64,000 nt of DNA, taken from Enoplolaimus lenunculus (Eukaryota). The DNA is taken from contig JASANG010002859.1 in the NCBI GenBank assembly GCA_030248215.1, positions 372,001-436,000 on the forward strand, written 5' to 3'. Positions 1 to 11,897 of this stretch are shown one piece after another (position 1 is the stretch's first letter; each line of letters starts with the position of its first letter). The notes below the pieces were generated by a model. The model saw only the letters and a program-made list of their open reading frames with translations. It searched no databases and had not been told where the DNA came from. A program made the position numbers and the translations under genes.

Positions 1-26
1 CCCCTCTCTTATTCGGGTCACTACAA
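1..26. mobile_element. End of a Tc1/mariner-type MITE (truncated by window edge)
   Basis: CCCCTCTCTTATTCGGGTCACTACA matches the family TIR. Confidence 0.7.
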
Positions 27-600
27 TATTACGCAGAACATTTTTCAATTTACAGTATACATTGCCTTGCGGCGACGTGTGTGATATCAAAGTGCAAACA
101 CTGAATTAGGATAATTGCAAACTTAGTTCATAAACAGTACTCCATTAATGCATAGTACTTTATGCAAGCAAACAGCAATTATTGCAAACGAAAAATCAAC
201 AACAAACTCTTTATATTTCTGTAACAATAAAATGTAAGACAGCAAACGCTGCTCCATATCAGCTACTGTACTAACCCGAACAAGTGACATATCTTGCAAA
301 AATCCATTTAGGAATACAAATTTCGTATTAAACTACATATTTATGCAGAATGTGTAAGTCATTCCATGTTAATTTGTAAGCCGATCCTAAAATGGTCGAA
401 GAAACGACGTATTCTTATTTTTCCTCATGCATCGGATATAATAACAGACACCAGACTGCAACCACGAAGGGTTTATTTCTTAGACAGCGATAAAGAAATT
501 GTATTAAGAATAAATTTTGTTTGTCCTTGTAGAAATGTTCTTGTCTACTGAATGTTACAATTCTTGATTGCAGGGCTGGCTATTAAGCACGTTGGATAAA

Positions 601-958
601 TGCTCTCTAAAAGCTTAAATTTACTTGATTTATGCTTAAGCTAATCCAGCAGTATTAAATTGCCTTTTTAAATTAGCTAAACTATTAACATGTGGTTTTA
701 CGCTTAAACTAATTTAAAATCTTACATATTTTTAGTTTAACCTAAGCGTAATGAACTCTTAGATCCACATAATTTCTGGGCTGAACTTATTATTTAAACT
801 AAAAATAACTTTACACAAACTCGTGTTAAACTTTAAAACACGTTCAAAATAAAACTTAAAATGTTAGTTTAGTTAGTCCGTCCAACCATTTAAGTTTTAC
901 TTAAACTGATATTCAAGTTTAGTTAAGCTATAATTTAAGTTTAAGTTTTTAGAGAGTG
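601..958. mobile_element. CAC-ended (CACTA-like) MITE, AT-rich
   Basis: Imperfect TIRs: tgCTCTCTAAAAgCTTAAA ... TTTAAGTTTTTAGAGAGTG followed by TA. Confidence 0.5.
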
Positions 959-1341
959 TATTACTGCATTAACACTCTTTACCATTGACGCCGAAGGGTT
1001 GAACAAAACTCAAAATTTACTACGATAAACATTGTCCGATGTGGAAACCAAAGTTTTGAAAAACGAATATATTTTATTTTGGAAAAAGTTTCATGTTTTA
1101 ACATTAATATCAATAAACAATCGAAAGAAAGCTGCCGTTAGTAAAAACGAATAAATACCAAAATGCGTAAACCGCAGTTGAAATCGACTTTTCTATGAAA
1201 ACCTTAGAGCCTTAGCCAGTTTCGAACCTCTGCCTTGTGGCAAATATGAAACCTGTTAGCAGAGCAAATATGCTAACCGACTGCTTCAATTAGTAGATGA
1301 AATATTACCTTGTAAGGATGTCACAAACGACACGTAGGTTG

Positions 1342-1505
1342 CAGTGACGTAGCAGGCAGGGGGGCGCCCCCAAATTCCAAAGGTGGGGGCCCCCATACTC
1401 GCGAGCGAGACGCATTTTAAAACTTAAGCGGTTTTTGTTTTAACCGGTTAGGGTGGGCCCCCAAATGGGGGTATGGAGGGGTCGCTGCTCCCACCCTGGT
1501 ACGTT
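1342..1505. mobile_element. Degenerate hAT-type MITE
   Basis: CAGTGACGTAGCAGG start with a GC-rich interior; 1400-1480 resembles 23555-23655. Confidence 0.4.
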
Positions 1506-2277
1506 GTTTACTTGTTATTTTGTAACACGTACAATGCATATACAAATTAAAAAGTGATTGAACAACCATCTAAACACCACCTCGCTGACGTCAGGTCGCG
1601 AGAAACAGAGCGACTGATACTTTGCCTCACCTACCATCTATTATGCGGTTCCGACCTTTTCTCATGTCATACTTTATTATTTGAACAAGTTACTTAAAAT
1701 ATATTTTTCCTAACTCGGTAGGTGGTCATGTAAATTGGTGCCCGCAACGAAATCTAAGATTTCGATCATGTTCCCTAATCAGAAGCAATATTTTGTGTAA
1801 AATATTTAATATTAAAGTAGCATTTGGCTTCTGGCTCGCTTGACTCGCATGTTGTTTTCGCTAATATCACATGCCTTTCTGTCAGCAATTTACGTATCCA
1901 CACGCTGGGTCGTTCTAAACTCTTAGCAGTTGTAAGCTGAGTTTTAAGTGTTTTTATTAACAACCGTTGCATCAAAATATTGAACGTAGTTTGTTTTGTT
2001 TTTGTCGCTAGAGTGTTTACAATAGCAGTAGAAAAACGTCAAAAAACTTACTAAATTTTGGAAATCTCGACTAAGACTTGCAATGTTGCGCTAGAATGTT
2101 ATCAGTTGTTGCTGGCTAAGTGTAAGGGCTTTAAGTTTCTAGTAATATTTGTTTTTGATACATACTTGCTGTTAAATATTAGCTGAGCTAATCAGGGTTT
2201 AACACCTAAAAGTTTGCACTTGGCCGGTGCTTTCTGAAACAACTGTAATTTCTGCTAAAGTTACATTATATATGTAT

Positions 2278-2408
2278 CAAGGTTCCAACAGGAACTAAAT
2301 TTTGCCGGAACTGGAACACGAATAGGAATTGAATTTCGTTGCAGGAACCGGAACACAAACCGGGATTTGAAATAATCTTTAGTACCGAATTCCTGTTGGA
2401 CTTTTTTG
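2278..2408. mobile_element. hAT-type MITE (CAGGGTTCCAAC family)
   Basis: caaggttccaacaggaa ... ttcctgttggac inverted ends with internal GGAACCGGAA motifs, as in 58138 and 60285. Confidence 0.55.
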
Positions 2409-2631
2409 AAACCTTGCAAAAAATGGCTTAAGCAAATTTTCAGATACCTATTTCATAATCAAATTTTGCTAAAATATGCCATTGAGTTTATTAACAAAAT
2501 TGGCCAATGTATAGCACAGGGGCTTCCAGTTTGCCACAATGGAAAGCTTATAACCCGGAGTGCAGTGCAGCCACTCCTGTATGACGGCCAAATTTTCCGC
2601 TGTTTTGGTAAGAAAATTAAGAAAATTTTAA

Positions 2632-3308
2632 TGACTAGATTTTCCAATGGATTGGTAGGGAAAATCTGAAGCATAGGTTTTAGTTGGAAAACGGGAAAAG
2701 TGGAAAATTCTAATGCCTATATTTTTATCCTGGGTTGGTAGAGAAAATCTAAGCATAGGTTTTGGTTGCAAAACGGGAAAAGTGGAAAATTCTAACGCCT
2801 AGATTTTTACTCTGGGTTGGTAAGGAAAATTTGAAGCATAGGTTTTGGTTGGAAAACGGGAAAAGTGGAAAATTCTAATGCCTAGATTTTTACCCTGGGT
2901 TGGTAGGGAAAATCTGAAGCATGGGTTTTGGTTGGAAAACGGGAAAAGTGGAAAATTCTAATGCCTAGATTTTTACCCTGGGTTGGTAGGGAAAATCTGA
3001 AGCATAGGTTTTGGTTGGAAAACGGTAAAAGTGGAAAATTCTAATGCCTAGATTTTTACTCTGGGTTGGTAGGGAAAATCTGAAGCATAGGTTTTGGTTG
3101 GAAAACGGAAAAGTGGAAAATTCTAATGCCTAGATTTTTACCCTGGGTTGGTAGGGAAAATCTGAAGCATAGGCTTTGGTTGGAAAACTGGAAAAGTAGA
3201 AAATTCTAAGGCCTAATTTTTTATTTTACCCTGGGTTGGTAGGGATAATCTGAAGCATAGGTTTTGGTTGGAAAACGGGAAAAGTGGAAAATTCTAATGC
3301 CTAGATTT
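2632..3308. repeat. Tandem minisatellite, about 83-bp unit x about 8
   Basis: Unit GGGTTGGTAGGGAAAATCTGAAGCATAGG...GCCTAGATTTTTACCCT recurs at 2732, 2814, 2897, 2980, 3063, 3145 and 3233. Confidence 0.95.
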
Positions 3309-3395
3309 CTAAGCAAAAAAATTAGTCTAAAGCTTTAAACTGACTCCATTATAGTGCCTCCGGAAAACGATCCAGTCCTGTTCTGTACATGGGCC
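3309..3395. mobile_element. Single arm of a TTAGGC-MITE (subfamily A)
   Basis: ctaagcaaaaaaaattagtctaaagc...cctgttctgtacatgggcc directly abuts the 83-bp array. Confidence 0.75.
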
Positions 3396-3915
3396 TTAAG
3401 GTTTATAGGCTTAGGCGTAGGTTTAGTAAAAAGTTCCTCCTACGTAAGCCTAAAGAAGCCATTGCCTAAAGCCTAAGTTTTAATTTTAAGCATGGCGGAA
3501 AGTGTACAAGAGACGGAAATTTGCAAATTTGCACAAAAGTTAGCTTGACCAACACTTTTTAGTTTTAAGACTTGGATTTTGTAGGATTTCCTTCAGAAGT
3601 TTATGATTAAGCTTCAGCCTATCCTCTTTCGACAACCGGGGCGTTCAATGAGAGGTCGTGGCTTTGTTTTCTGCTGTCAGAGCAACACAGAGTTGATGCA
3701 AGTATTGCTATAGTTTATTGCTGTGTTTTTATGCTCGTAGCAACTGCAAAAACATTTCTATTGTTGTGTTTTATTTTGTAAAATTTGTTGCAAATTCACT
3801 GCGATTGTGTTTTAGCAAACTTGTTCAACAGTCGCATGAAATACTGTATGTTTATCTTTTACATTGAAAATATAAACGCTTGCAAGTTAATTATAAATTT
3901 AAGCAGCACCACATA

Positions 3916-4345
3916 CTGCGGTGATCCAAATAAGAGGGGGAACTGAAGTTTATTTGGCCTCTCCAGAAAGTAACCCCCTGTTATTCGGTTACGGACTGTT
4001 ATTTATTTTTAACCCACGCTCCGCTACCCTTCGTTACTGAAATATATCCGGTACTGCAACTGTCCGTTGAGTTAAACGTTTATTTGTCGTGTTTAGCAGC
4101 TTGAGCGATAATGCAAGGTTATACTTTGGAATGTACTTTTATAACTTAAGTACGCTTTAATGTTTCAAACTCAATTTTATTTGGTCGTGGAGTCATTTAT
4201 GCGCTACAATTAGGGATAATGGACATTTACGGACTCTAATTAGTGTTTAGGCATTCTACCCGCTTACGGTCTCTTATTAGGGATACGGACTTCTATTGAT
4301 TGGTACTCAAAATGGGACCCCCTCCTCTTATTCGGGTCACTACAG
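3916..4345. mobile_element. Tc1/mariner-type MITE (about 430-450 bp family)
   Basis: TA-flanked TIRs CTGTAGTGACCCGAATAAGAG(G)n; interior shared with six other full copies. Confidence 0.85.
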
Positions 4346-4373
4346 TACAGCTCTTCACGGAAAGTTTTCTTTA

Positions 4374-4410
4374 GATGCGGTGGGACTCGAACCCACGACG
4401 CACAGACTAA
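4374..4410 (-). pseudogene. tRNA 3'-half fragment (tRNA pseudogene or SINE remnant)
   Basis: Minus strand GTCGTGGGTTCGAGTCCCACC forms a T-arm/B box; no recognisable D-arm or A box. Confidence 0.45.
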
Positions 4411-5144
4411 ACTACGCAGCAATGCAAACTTTTCGCTACAATGAAATCTATATAGCGTAAGTTTGCTACTACAAGTTAACTTTTGGCATCATACGCTGTG
4501 TTGTTTTGGTTTCCACCATTTAAACCACAAGCAAAATTGTTCAGTTGAAATCTTCGCCCGTACTCTCAAATGTCTGTCTGTAGCACCTGTCATCAATTAG
4601 TATATGTAGTGAAACTTTCGAACCATTTGATTATCGAAATTTGACAATTAACACGTTTTTTAGGCTTAATTTGCGCTATTTCTCAGCATATTTTGACAAC
4701 TGCAACTGTAGAAGTTTGTGAGTTTGTCGGTCACTAACTGGTGGTAGGTGCTATACACATTTGTGAATATTTTTGCTTTATTAATACACTTAAGTTTTGT
4801 TCTAAAACCGTTTCACAAAACTTGCATCCGCAGGATACAGCTTTGGGTTGTCGCCGCAAAAACTTGCACGTGTTCACAGGTGCTAGCGTTCTGACTGCTA
4901 GGCTCCTAATTGGGGCTGGCTGCGTTTTGTTCTATTAAAGGCTGTCGGCTGGTAATTTAATAGTTGTAGCACGGCTTTGCGGTATTCCGAGATATGAGCG
5001 CACGCTGGAAATCATATTGCTTAAATGAAGTTTAGGTGTTGCTAATTGCATACATGATGTTTTGAATAAACTTGCAAAACATAACTTTGCGAACAAGCTT
5101 GTTTTATCTGCTCTTTGGCATTTTAGCAATGTAAGGTTTGTTAA

Positions 5145-5408
5145 CCCCTTCTCACATTGAGTTGCCTATAAGCAACTCAGCGCAGTGTATATACGTTAAA
5201 TAATATATATCTTAACCGTGTTGAACAATTGCAACACGTATACATAGTACTAAATCACCACAAGACGTGAGAGCCCCCTCGGGCGCGAGCGTCAAGCTCC
5301 TATAGCTGAGTGGTATCGGTATACGCCTCCCACTCCAGTCACTGGAGTTCGAATCCTAGCATAAAAGTAGGTCTCAGGGGAAATAGCAAATATTCATGTG
5401 AGAAAGGG
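5145..5408 (+). mobile_element. piggyBac-type MITE carrying a tRNA-derived Pol III module
   Basis: TTAA on both sides. TIRs CCCCTTCTCACAT / ATGTGAGAAAGGG. Internal A box TAGCTGAGTGG (5303), CGCCTCCCAC and B box GTTCGAATCC (5347). Confidence 0.85.
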
Positions 5409-5640
5409 TTAATGGCGTTATGCTGCGTTCACAATATCTTTTCTCAGCTGCGGACCAAAAACGTCATATGGTAAGGTTAAATGCAAAATTCTTCAATATG
5501 GGCTGTGCCTCTTTTTACAATTCATTTCCGGGCTGAGCCCCTCTCAACCCTTAACAAAAATTGCAAAATTCAATCGTGAACAGTCTCGAGCTTGTAAATA
5601 GAATCAGTATTTTAAATACGTCTGTCAACCCCTCTGAAGC

Positions 5641-6330
5641 CTAAGCATACCGGTGCTTTATTTCGTATCTTTTCGTATGTGTTTTAATATTTCGTGTGAC
5701 TCCAAATAAACTATTTGTGTCTTCTGTCGCAGTACGTCACTGTCCGTCATCGTGCGTCACCCCGCATCATTGTTCAGCATGTATTGTACCTGAGCAATTC
5801 ATGTACAATACCGCGCGGTTTAAGACGATGACGTACGTCAACGTATAGCGACGTACGGCGACGCTCGGTGCCGGACAGTGACGCTCGGCGCCGGACATCG
5901 ACGCTCGCCGCCGGACATCGGCGCCGGGTGGCGCCACACGACAAGTATAGCAGCACCCTTTATTGTTGTACATTTATTGTGTACCCTGTGTGCATTGTGG
6001 ATTAATGCGCAGCGGCAAGAAAAATGGCAAATCTTGTACGCTTTCGCTACATTTACGTTTAGGCTTAGACTTTTGAATAGGTTTGCCTAAACCTAATCGT
6101 TGCGTAGGCTTTTGTCTAAACCTTTATTGTAAACGGGAGTAAAATGGATTAACCAGAATTATTTTTAACCAATCGAGCGGTATTTTCTTTACAAAAGCAT
6201 TTAGGTCGCCAAAATTATCTTAACTACATTCATCTAATCTGCTCTATTGTGATAATACGTTTGCTATACGTTTTCTTGATGACGTCCGGCGCCATCCGTC
6301 ACCATACGGTATCGTACGACATCCGGTAAC
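5641..6330. repeat. Unclassified interspersed repeat with CpG-rich CGACG/CGTCAC motifs
   Basis: Short GC-rich tandem CGACGCTCGGCGCCGGACA; shares motifs such as CGTCACCATAC and a CTAAGCAT end with 61500-61717. Confidence 0.4.
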
Positions 6331-6588
6331 GAATCACTGTTCGTTAATTTATTTACATGCATCCATTAATCCACACAACTGCGTATATAAATTTGGACAG
6401 ACGCTTAAGAATCCAAACAAAGACGGAAGTGTGTGCCAATTAAACTGTAACCTTATCGTCAGAAGTTTTTGAGCAAAATGTAAACAAATTGTGTAAATCG
6501 TTGATGACTTCAAAGAATTTTATTTACTTTTACCCATCGTTGATGACTTTAAAATTTGTAATATTTGTATCACTTAAGCATTCTCATT

Positions 6589-6810
6589 GGCCCATGTATA
6601 GAACAGGGCCGGAACAGTAGTGTAAGCATATTCCTAAGCCTAAACCTAAGCCTAAGCGAATAGATAAGCCTAAGCCTAAGCCTAAGCCTAAGCGAATGGA
6701 TGAGCCTAAGCCTAAGCCTAAGCCTAAGCCTAAACAAAAATAGTCTAATGCTTAAACTGTCTATTATAACCCCGCCGGAATACGATCCGGCCATGTTCTA
6801 TACATGGGCC
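6589..6810. mobile_element. TTAGGC-bearing Merlin-like MITE, subfamily A
   Basis: TIR GGCCCATGTATAGAACAGGGCCGGA; internal GCCTAA arrays; degenerate TSD ttctcatt/atcttatt. Confidence 0.85.
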
Positions 6811-7334
6811 ATCTTATTTGTACACTTTTACCCACATTTAATGTTAACGTTTAGCCTTAGGTATTTGCTAAACCTAAACCATTAAGTTTAATTAAACTCA
6901 ACCTTATAATTCGGTATGTTGATGAGCCAACTGCCAGAATTTTACTATTGATTTTTAGTACATTTTTTCCCAGTCGTATCAGGTGTATAAACCGTACATG
7001 TGTTTTGATCAAAATGAATTTTCTGTCGACTGATTCTTTGTCAACATCTGTTCAGTTGTATGTGGTTATCGTTGTACTGGCGTTCAAATCAATTGCTGGC
7101 GACGACTTAAAACCGACATCAAACTGTTCGTAAGTATAATTGCTTAAAAAGGCTGCTTTGTTATTTTGGCAATCGAAAATAATTTACTGAACATTTAAAA
7201 ACAAAAACGGATCCGCAACAACGAAAGGAAAACGGGGAAACCACCTTCGCCACGTTCATTTTCATTGAATATTCCAAAGTTTTGTCAAATTATTTTCTAC
7301 TGAGCTTGGTCAAACACCCACCTAATTGCTCAGT

Positions 7335-7436
7335 CAGTCAAAGTTGACTCTGGCGGAGTCGAATTTGACACAGTTTGTGTAGTGCGGAAAAGTCTATTTC
7401 GGAGAGAGTCAATTTGATTCACCATTTTTTGCAGTG
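7335..7436. mobile_element. CACTG-family MITE, right half
   Basis: ...TATTTCGGAGAGAGTCAATTTGATTCACCATTTTTTGCAGTG. Confidence 0.75.
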
Positions 7437-8058
7437 CAGTTGCATAATTTAATTTTTAGACACTCTCCACGCTTAAGTTATACGTAGAAGCAGTATTCGC
7501 AGCTGCGTGCAGCACCCATCACGTGTTAGTAATAGATTTTCAAACAATCAAACTGTGGATCTTCTGATCCGCTTATTGACGTAACAGTAAATCCCACCGT
7601 TCACTGATTCTGAATTTACAAAAATTATCACCGACTGGTGCACGTACTCGTTTAGGAATCATTGCTCGCTTGCCAAAGGCAGCGAACAATGTTGGGCTGA
7701 TTCGTTGCAATACTTTCGATTCAATGCAGCAACTGAACTCGAATCGTATTTAAAAGTTTACATCGGGTCGTTGATATACGTTCGTTATCGTCGTGTGGAC
7801 AACGCCACAGTTGAACAGCTTGAGTTACCGAGTCGAAAATTTTCAAATGACTCAGTTGACAATGAGTTGAGATATTGGAAGTCAATTTTAAATCAAGAAT
7901 CATCGGCCACAATTTTAACTGACGGCGATATGCAAACGATTTTGGACGTTTTAATTAGACAGGTCAGTTGAGTTCGAAATCGAGATTTGCGCGAGCAGAT
8001 ACCCACGGGTACACACGGGTAAACGATGGCTGGGTAAGCAATGTTTGACGTAAGTGAG

Positions 8059-8294
8059 GGCCAATGTAAAGAGCATGGGCGGAACAACAGTATTACATGC
8101 ATAGTCTTAAGACTAAGCCTAAGCCTAAACGTAAGAATGAGTTTATTCCTAAGCCTAGGCTTAAGCCTAAGCGTAAAGAATGAGCATATTCCTAAGCCTA
8201 AGCCTAAGCCAGGCAGAAAATTTACTCTAAACCTTAAGCTTACTCTATTCTAGTCCCACAGAAAAACGTTCCGACCTTGATTTTTGCATGGGCT
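8059..8294. mobile_element. TTAGGC-bearing Merlin-like MITE, subfamily B
   Basis: GGCCAATGTAAAGA... ends; perfect 8-bp TSD TAAGTGAG. Confidence 0.9.
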
Positions 8295-8392
8295 TAAGTG
8301 AGTATATACGGGCAGGTAAAAAATTTCACCATGACGATTGATAAACGCTTAAGTTTACCGGCTTGTGTTGCGTTTCAATGTTTAATACACTC

Positions 8393-8489
8393 GGCTTAGG
8401 CTTAGGCTTAGGCTTAGGATTAGGCTTAGGCTTAGGCTTAGGCTTAAGCTTAGGCTTAGAATTAGGCTTCGGCTTAGGCTTAAGCTTAG
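8393..8489 (+). repeat. Interstitial telomere-like (TTAGGC)n array, about 16 units
   Basis: Near-perfect TTAGGC run without the MITE arms or spacers. Confidence 0.9.
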
Positions 8490-9468
8490 AGACGTAGCGA
8501 GAATTTCAATTCGAGAGTAAATAAACATTATGTGAAAACATTTTCGGCTTGTGGAACATGTTAACGGATACGTATTCTTAACCCTATTAAACGTAACTTA
8601 TTTGTTATTTACAGAAATTTAGGAACATAATATATGCCGTCGTCTCTTCAGTTGGTTTTATTCCCCTGATCCTACGCCATGACTTCAGTATGCAGAGCGA
8701 TGCAGGTTGTATACATTAGTTACGTTAATAAAAAATTTCAATTACTTTGTCAAATTGTGTTTTGAAACGCCAAGGCAGTTTGCAATTATTTCGCTAAATT
8801 TTTTCCATCTGATAATAATTTATCATTTACACTATTTTTTTCAGGCTTACAATTACTCAAAACTCACAAATCATCCCACCCCGCCCGAGTTCAGATGCCC
8901 AGTTTCAGCTGAGTATCAGTCAACGTTGTGGAAGTATATCGCGATTGCGTCCGTAGTGGTTAATGTATTTCTCGCAATGTTGACGATTCCGTTTGCATTT
9001 CGTGCTGAAAAAACTGTTTCACAGTATAAAACTGCGATCAACGAATTAAATTCACTTAAACACTCAGTTTCAACTCCGCCCACTGCGTTACAGAAATACA
9101 ATTCAGCTTTCATTGAATCTACGACAAATATTTCAACCGAAGCGGCCAAATAACTCTGGGGATGGCTCCAGTTTCCCAGTTGGCTGAAACCAAAGATGTC
9201 TTGGGGGTATAATTTCCACGCCGCCATGGGGCTTAAAAATTGTCAAGATTTGAGTAAATACATTTACAAGACTGTTCTACATCTCGGTGATTGTCCAGGA
9301 TGAAGCTGTATTCAGTTACTTTGAGTTATTGTGCGTGTCGTATAGGTATGAGTTATTATTCATAATGGCAGTTATAGAATTGCTATTATTCTCTTGCGAC
9401 GAGGTACTGCACAAGAGCGAGTACGTTTGGGTTGACTGACCGGTGTGCGAAAATGTGATACTTTGCCT

Positions 9469-9629
9469 GGCCCATGTATAGAACAGGGCCGGATCGTTTT
9501 CCGGAGGGGCTATAATAGAGTCAGGTTAAGCTTTAGACTAATTTTTGGCGTAGGCTTAGGCTCAGGCTCAAACTTAGGCTTAGGAATATGGTTATAGTAC
9601 TGTTCCGGCCCTGTTCTATACATAGGTCC
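9469..9629. mobile_element. TTAGGC-MITE subfamily A
   Basis: Both TIRs present with a short TTAGGC block. Confidence 0.85.
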
Positions 9630-9949
9630 TTTGTATGATGCCGCATTTTCTGCTTCAATCGCTTCTTCAGAAACTTTTCTTCATATTTTTTGTGATTGGC
9701 GCAACAACAACTGTACCAAATGATATTTAAACACTGAAACGATTTCAGTCCGTTCAACATTAGAACTTAGAAAGTTTTAACGTTTACGCGAATATGGATA
9801 TTAAATCAATTAGACTTATAACTTTTCATCAGAATTTGGGCTTTGTAATGGTTAATCATTTGGACCCTCAGGTTACAACACTTCCGTACGAAACTGCCTT
9901 TTAAAATCCAGCCGATGCACCCCCAAATTTGCTGCATACACCTCAATGG

Positions 9950-10049
9950 CGGACCCGTAGTCAAGGCTTGCAAGTCATTGAAAACCCTTGAATGTCCCTC
10001 CTGGAAAATATTTAGCCCCTCCTAGCAAGGTGAGCTGGCTACGAGCCTG
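9950..10049. mobile_element. hAT-type MITE (GGCCCGTAGCCAG family), internally deleted
   Basis: ggacccgtagtc...ctagcaaggtgagctggctacgagcctg. Confidence 0.6.
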
Positions 10050-10915
10050 CTCCATGGTGGTAGCTCCTAGTCTTTTATCCTTGCTGGATGCGCTTTTGGA
10101 CACGTTTGCAGTAGCATAATGAAGACGTACGTGCACCAGTGCGTTTTTTACTTTGGATAGCGAATAACTCTCAGTTCCAAATGTTCCAAGAGATCAAAAC
10201 AAACCAAATGTGGTTTATAATTGACAAGATTAAACGACTTCGATGATTTTTCATACAGGTTTTATCTGCTTCTGTAATTTGTGACATCTGTGTTACAACA
10301 GGCGATGTAAAGATCAGGGGCGGAACGTTTTTCCGCCGGGTATCCGAAACGCTATTGTGTAAAAAAATTTTTAGAATAATTTTTATTTTTTCAGCGTTAA
10401 AGCAGTTGGAGCTATGGCGAAAAGAAATTCTGTATTCACACCATAGTTAAAATATTGAACCACATTTCCAGCAGAATTTCGTGATAATTTAAAATTTTTA
10501 TTTCTTAAAACATGCCAAAATTGGAAAACTTTAGTTTAGCTTGATATTTATCGGAATAATGACTTCGTATTTTTAAATTAGCTCAAAATTAGCCCACTAA
10601 ACATTTGCGTCGAATAAGCACGTCAAGTACTAGATTTATTACCTTTGCAATAAACTAAAATCTCCTTATTCATTCACAAAAGTGAAGGTATATATTCAAG
10701 TCTTAAAAAATTGAAATTTAAATGAAATTATCAATGGAGGTGATTAGTAGCCAAATCGGCATTATGTAAGTTTAAGTCTCTTCAGCGTAATAAACGAAAG
10801 TCTAAAACAAAGCTTTGCCTAAGCCCAAGCAAACAAACAATTTGAAACTTAAGTCTAGTTTATTTCGGTCTTTGAAAAAGGCGGGTACCATCGGGTCCAG
10901 AGGGCGGCGGGCGGG

Positions 10916-11082
10916 AAGCTCGCAGCCAGCTCAACTTGCTAGGGGGCTAAAAATATTTCAGGAGGGGCAATTTAAGGGTTTTCAATGAGTTACAAGTATG
11001 GTTGAAAATTTTCTAGTCGGAGGCCAAAATTTTTTCAGGGGGGCAGAGCCCCTACCGATCCCTCCCCTTGGCTACGTGCCCG
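10916..11082. mobile_element. hAT-type MITE (GGCCCGTAGCCAG family)
   Basis: Matches 26710 and 48352 along its length. Confidence 0.7.
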
Positions 11083-11897
11083 TCGGACGGGTGTACGCCG
11101 CTGGTCAGAAATTTTTTTGTAATAAAATGGTAAATTTTCTACCTTACAATTTTTCTCTTCAGCAAATTGTTTTGTTATAAAACGATAAGGTTTCCCTACA
11201 TTACAATTTTCCCTCTTCGAAAATTTTTTGGTGAAAAATAGCATTTCAAAACATTTACGAGCCTGCGTTCGGTTAGGAATTTCTGGAGCTGCCGCTGGAA
11301 ACTGGGCATTACTGAATGTAACATGGGCTGATGTTTGGGTGTAAGATTAGCGTAAGTTTATTTTAATGTGGTTTTCTCTTCTTGGAACGTGAAACGACTC
11401 ATGTATATACAGTTCGAGGAAGGTTGACATTCGATATAATCGGAGACGAACGAAATCAACTCAATTTCAGGCGGCCAACGCAAGGGTTTATCAGTCAGTG
11501 GCAATATTCTAAACCGAATACCCAGAAGCATTGAAGCAGTTACATAATAAAAAACTATTTCTAGAATTGTATGTTTTACGCTCATAGTAATCAGCTTGTC
11601 AGTGCACTTCTCTAAAACAACAATTGAAAAAATGGTTGAGAAACGAAAGTTGAGGCACGGAAACCCAAAAACACAAAATAGGGTTTCGGATATCCAAAAT
11701 AGAAAATTTAAATTTCGAATATCCGGATAAATATCCGTCAAGAACTGCAGTATATCCGGATATGAAAAACTATCCGAAGCCCATCACAGCAAACATTAAC
11801 TTTAAAACAAATAACTTATTGGCATTTTTATCTCTATATATAAAGGCATGCCTAATAAACCCAAAGGTAAAGCTTAAACCTAAGCCTAATAAGCCTA

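Larger units (their letters stand above)
7014..9153 (+). pseudogene. Probable decayed multi-exon gene for a single-pass membrane protein
   Basis: Exon-like 7014-7129 (MNFL..LYVVIVVLAFKSIAG, signal-like; GTAAGT donor). Open stretch 7591-7962 ends AG|GTCAGT. 8615-8705 is bounded by tttacag/gttgta. 8845-9153 follows tttttcag and has a TM-like segment (YIAIASVVVNVFLAMLTIPFAF). Splice phases do not join cleanly and in-frame stops occur at 7582/7588. Confidence 0.45.

Noticed and set aside
5296..5370. Functional tRNA-Gly gene
   Set aside because: The acceptor and anticodon stems do not pair properly and the sequence sits inside a multi-copy MITE.
8393..8489. True chromosome end
   Set aside because: The array is short, internal and flanked by ordinary sequence on both sides.
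7582..9303. Reassigned TAA codon (alternative genetic code) to explain the in-frame stops
   Set aside because: Frameshifts and other stops are also needed to join the exons; pseudogenisation or sequence error is simpler.
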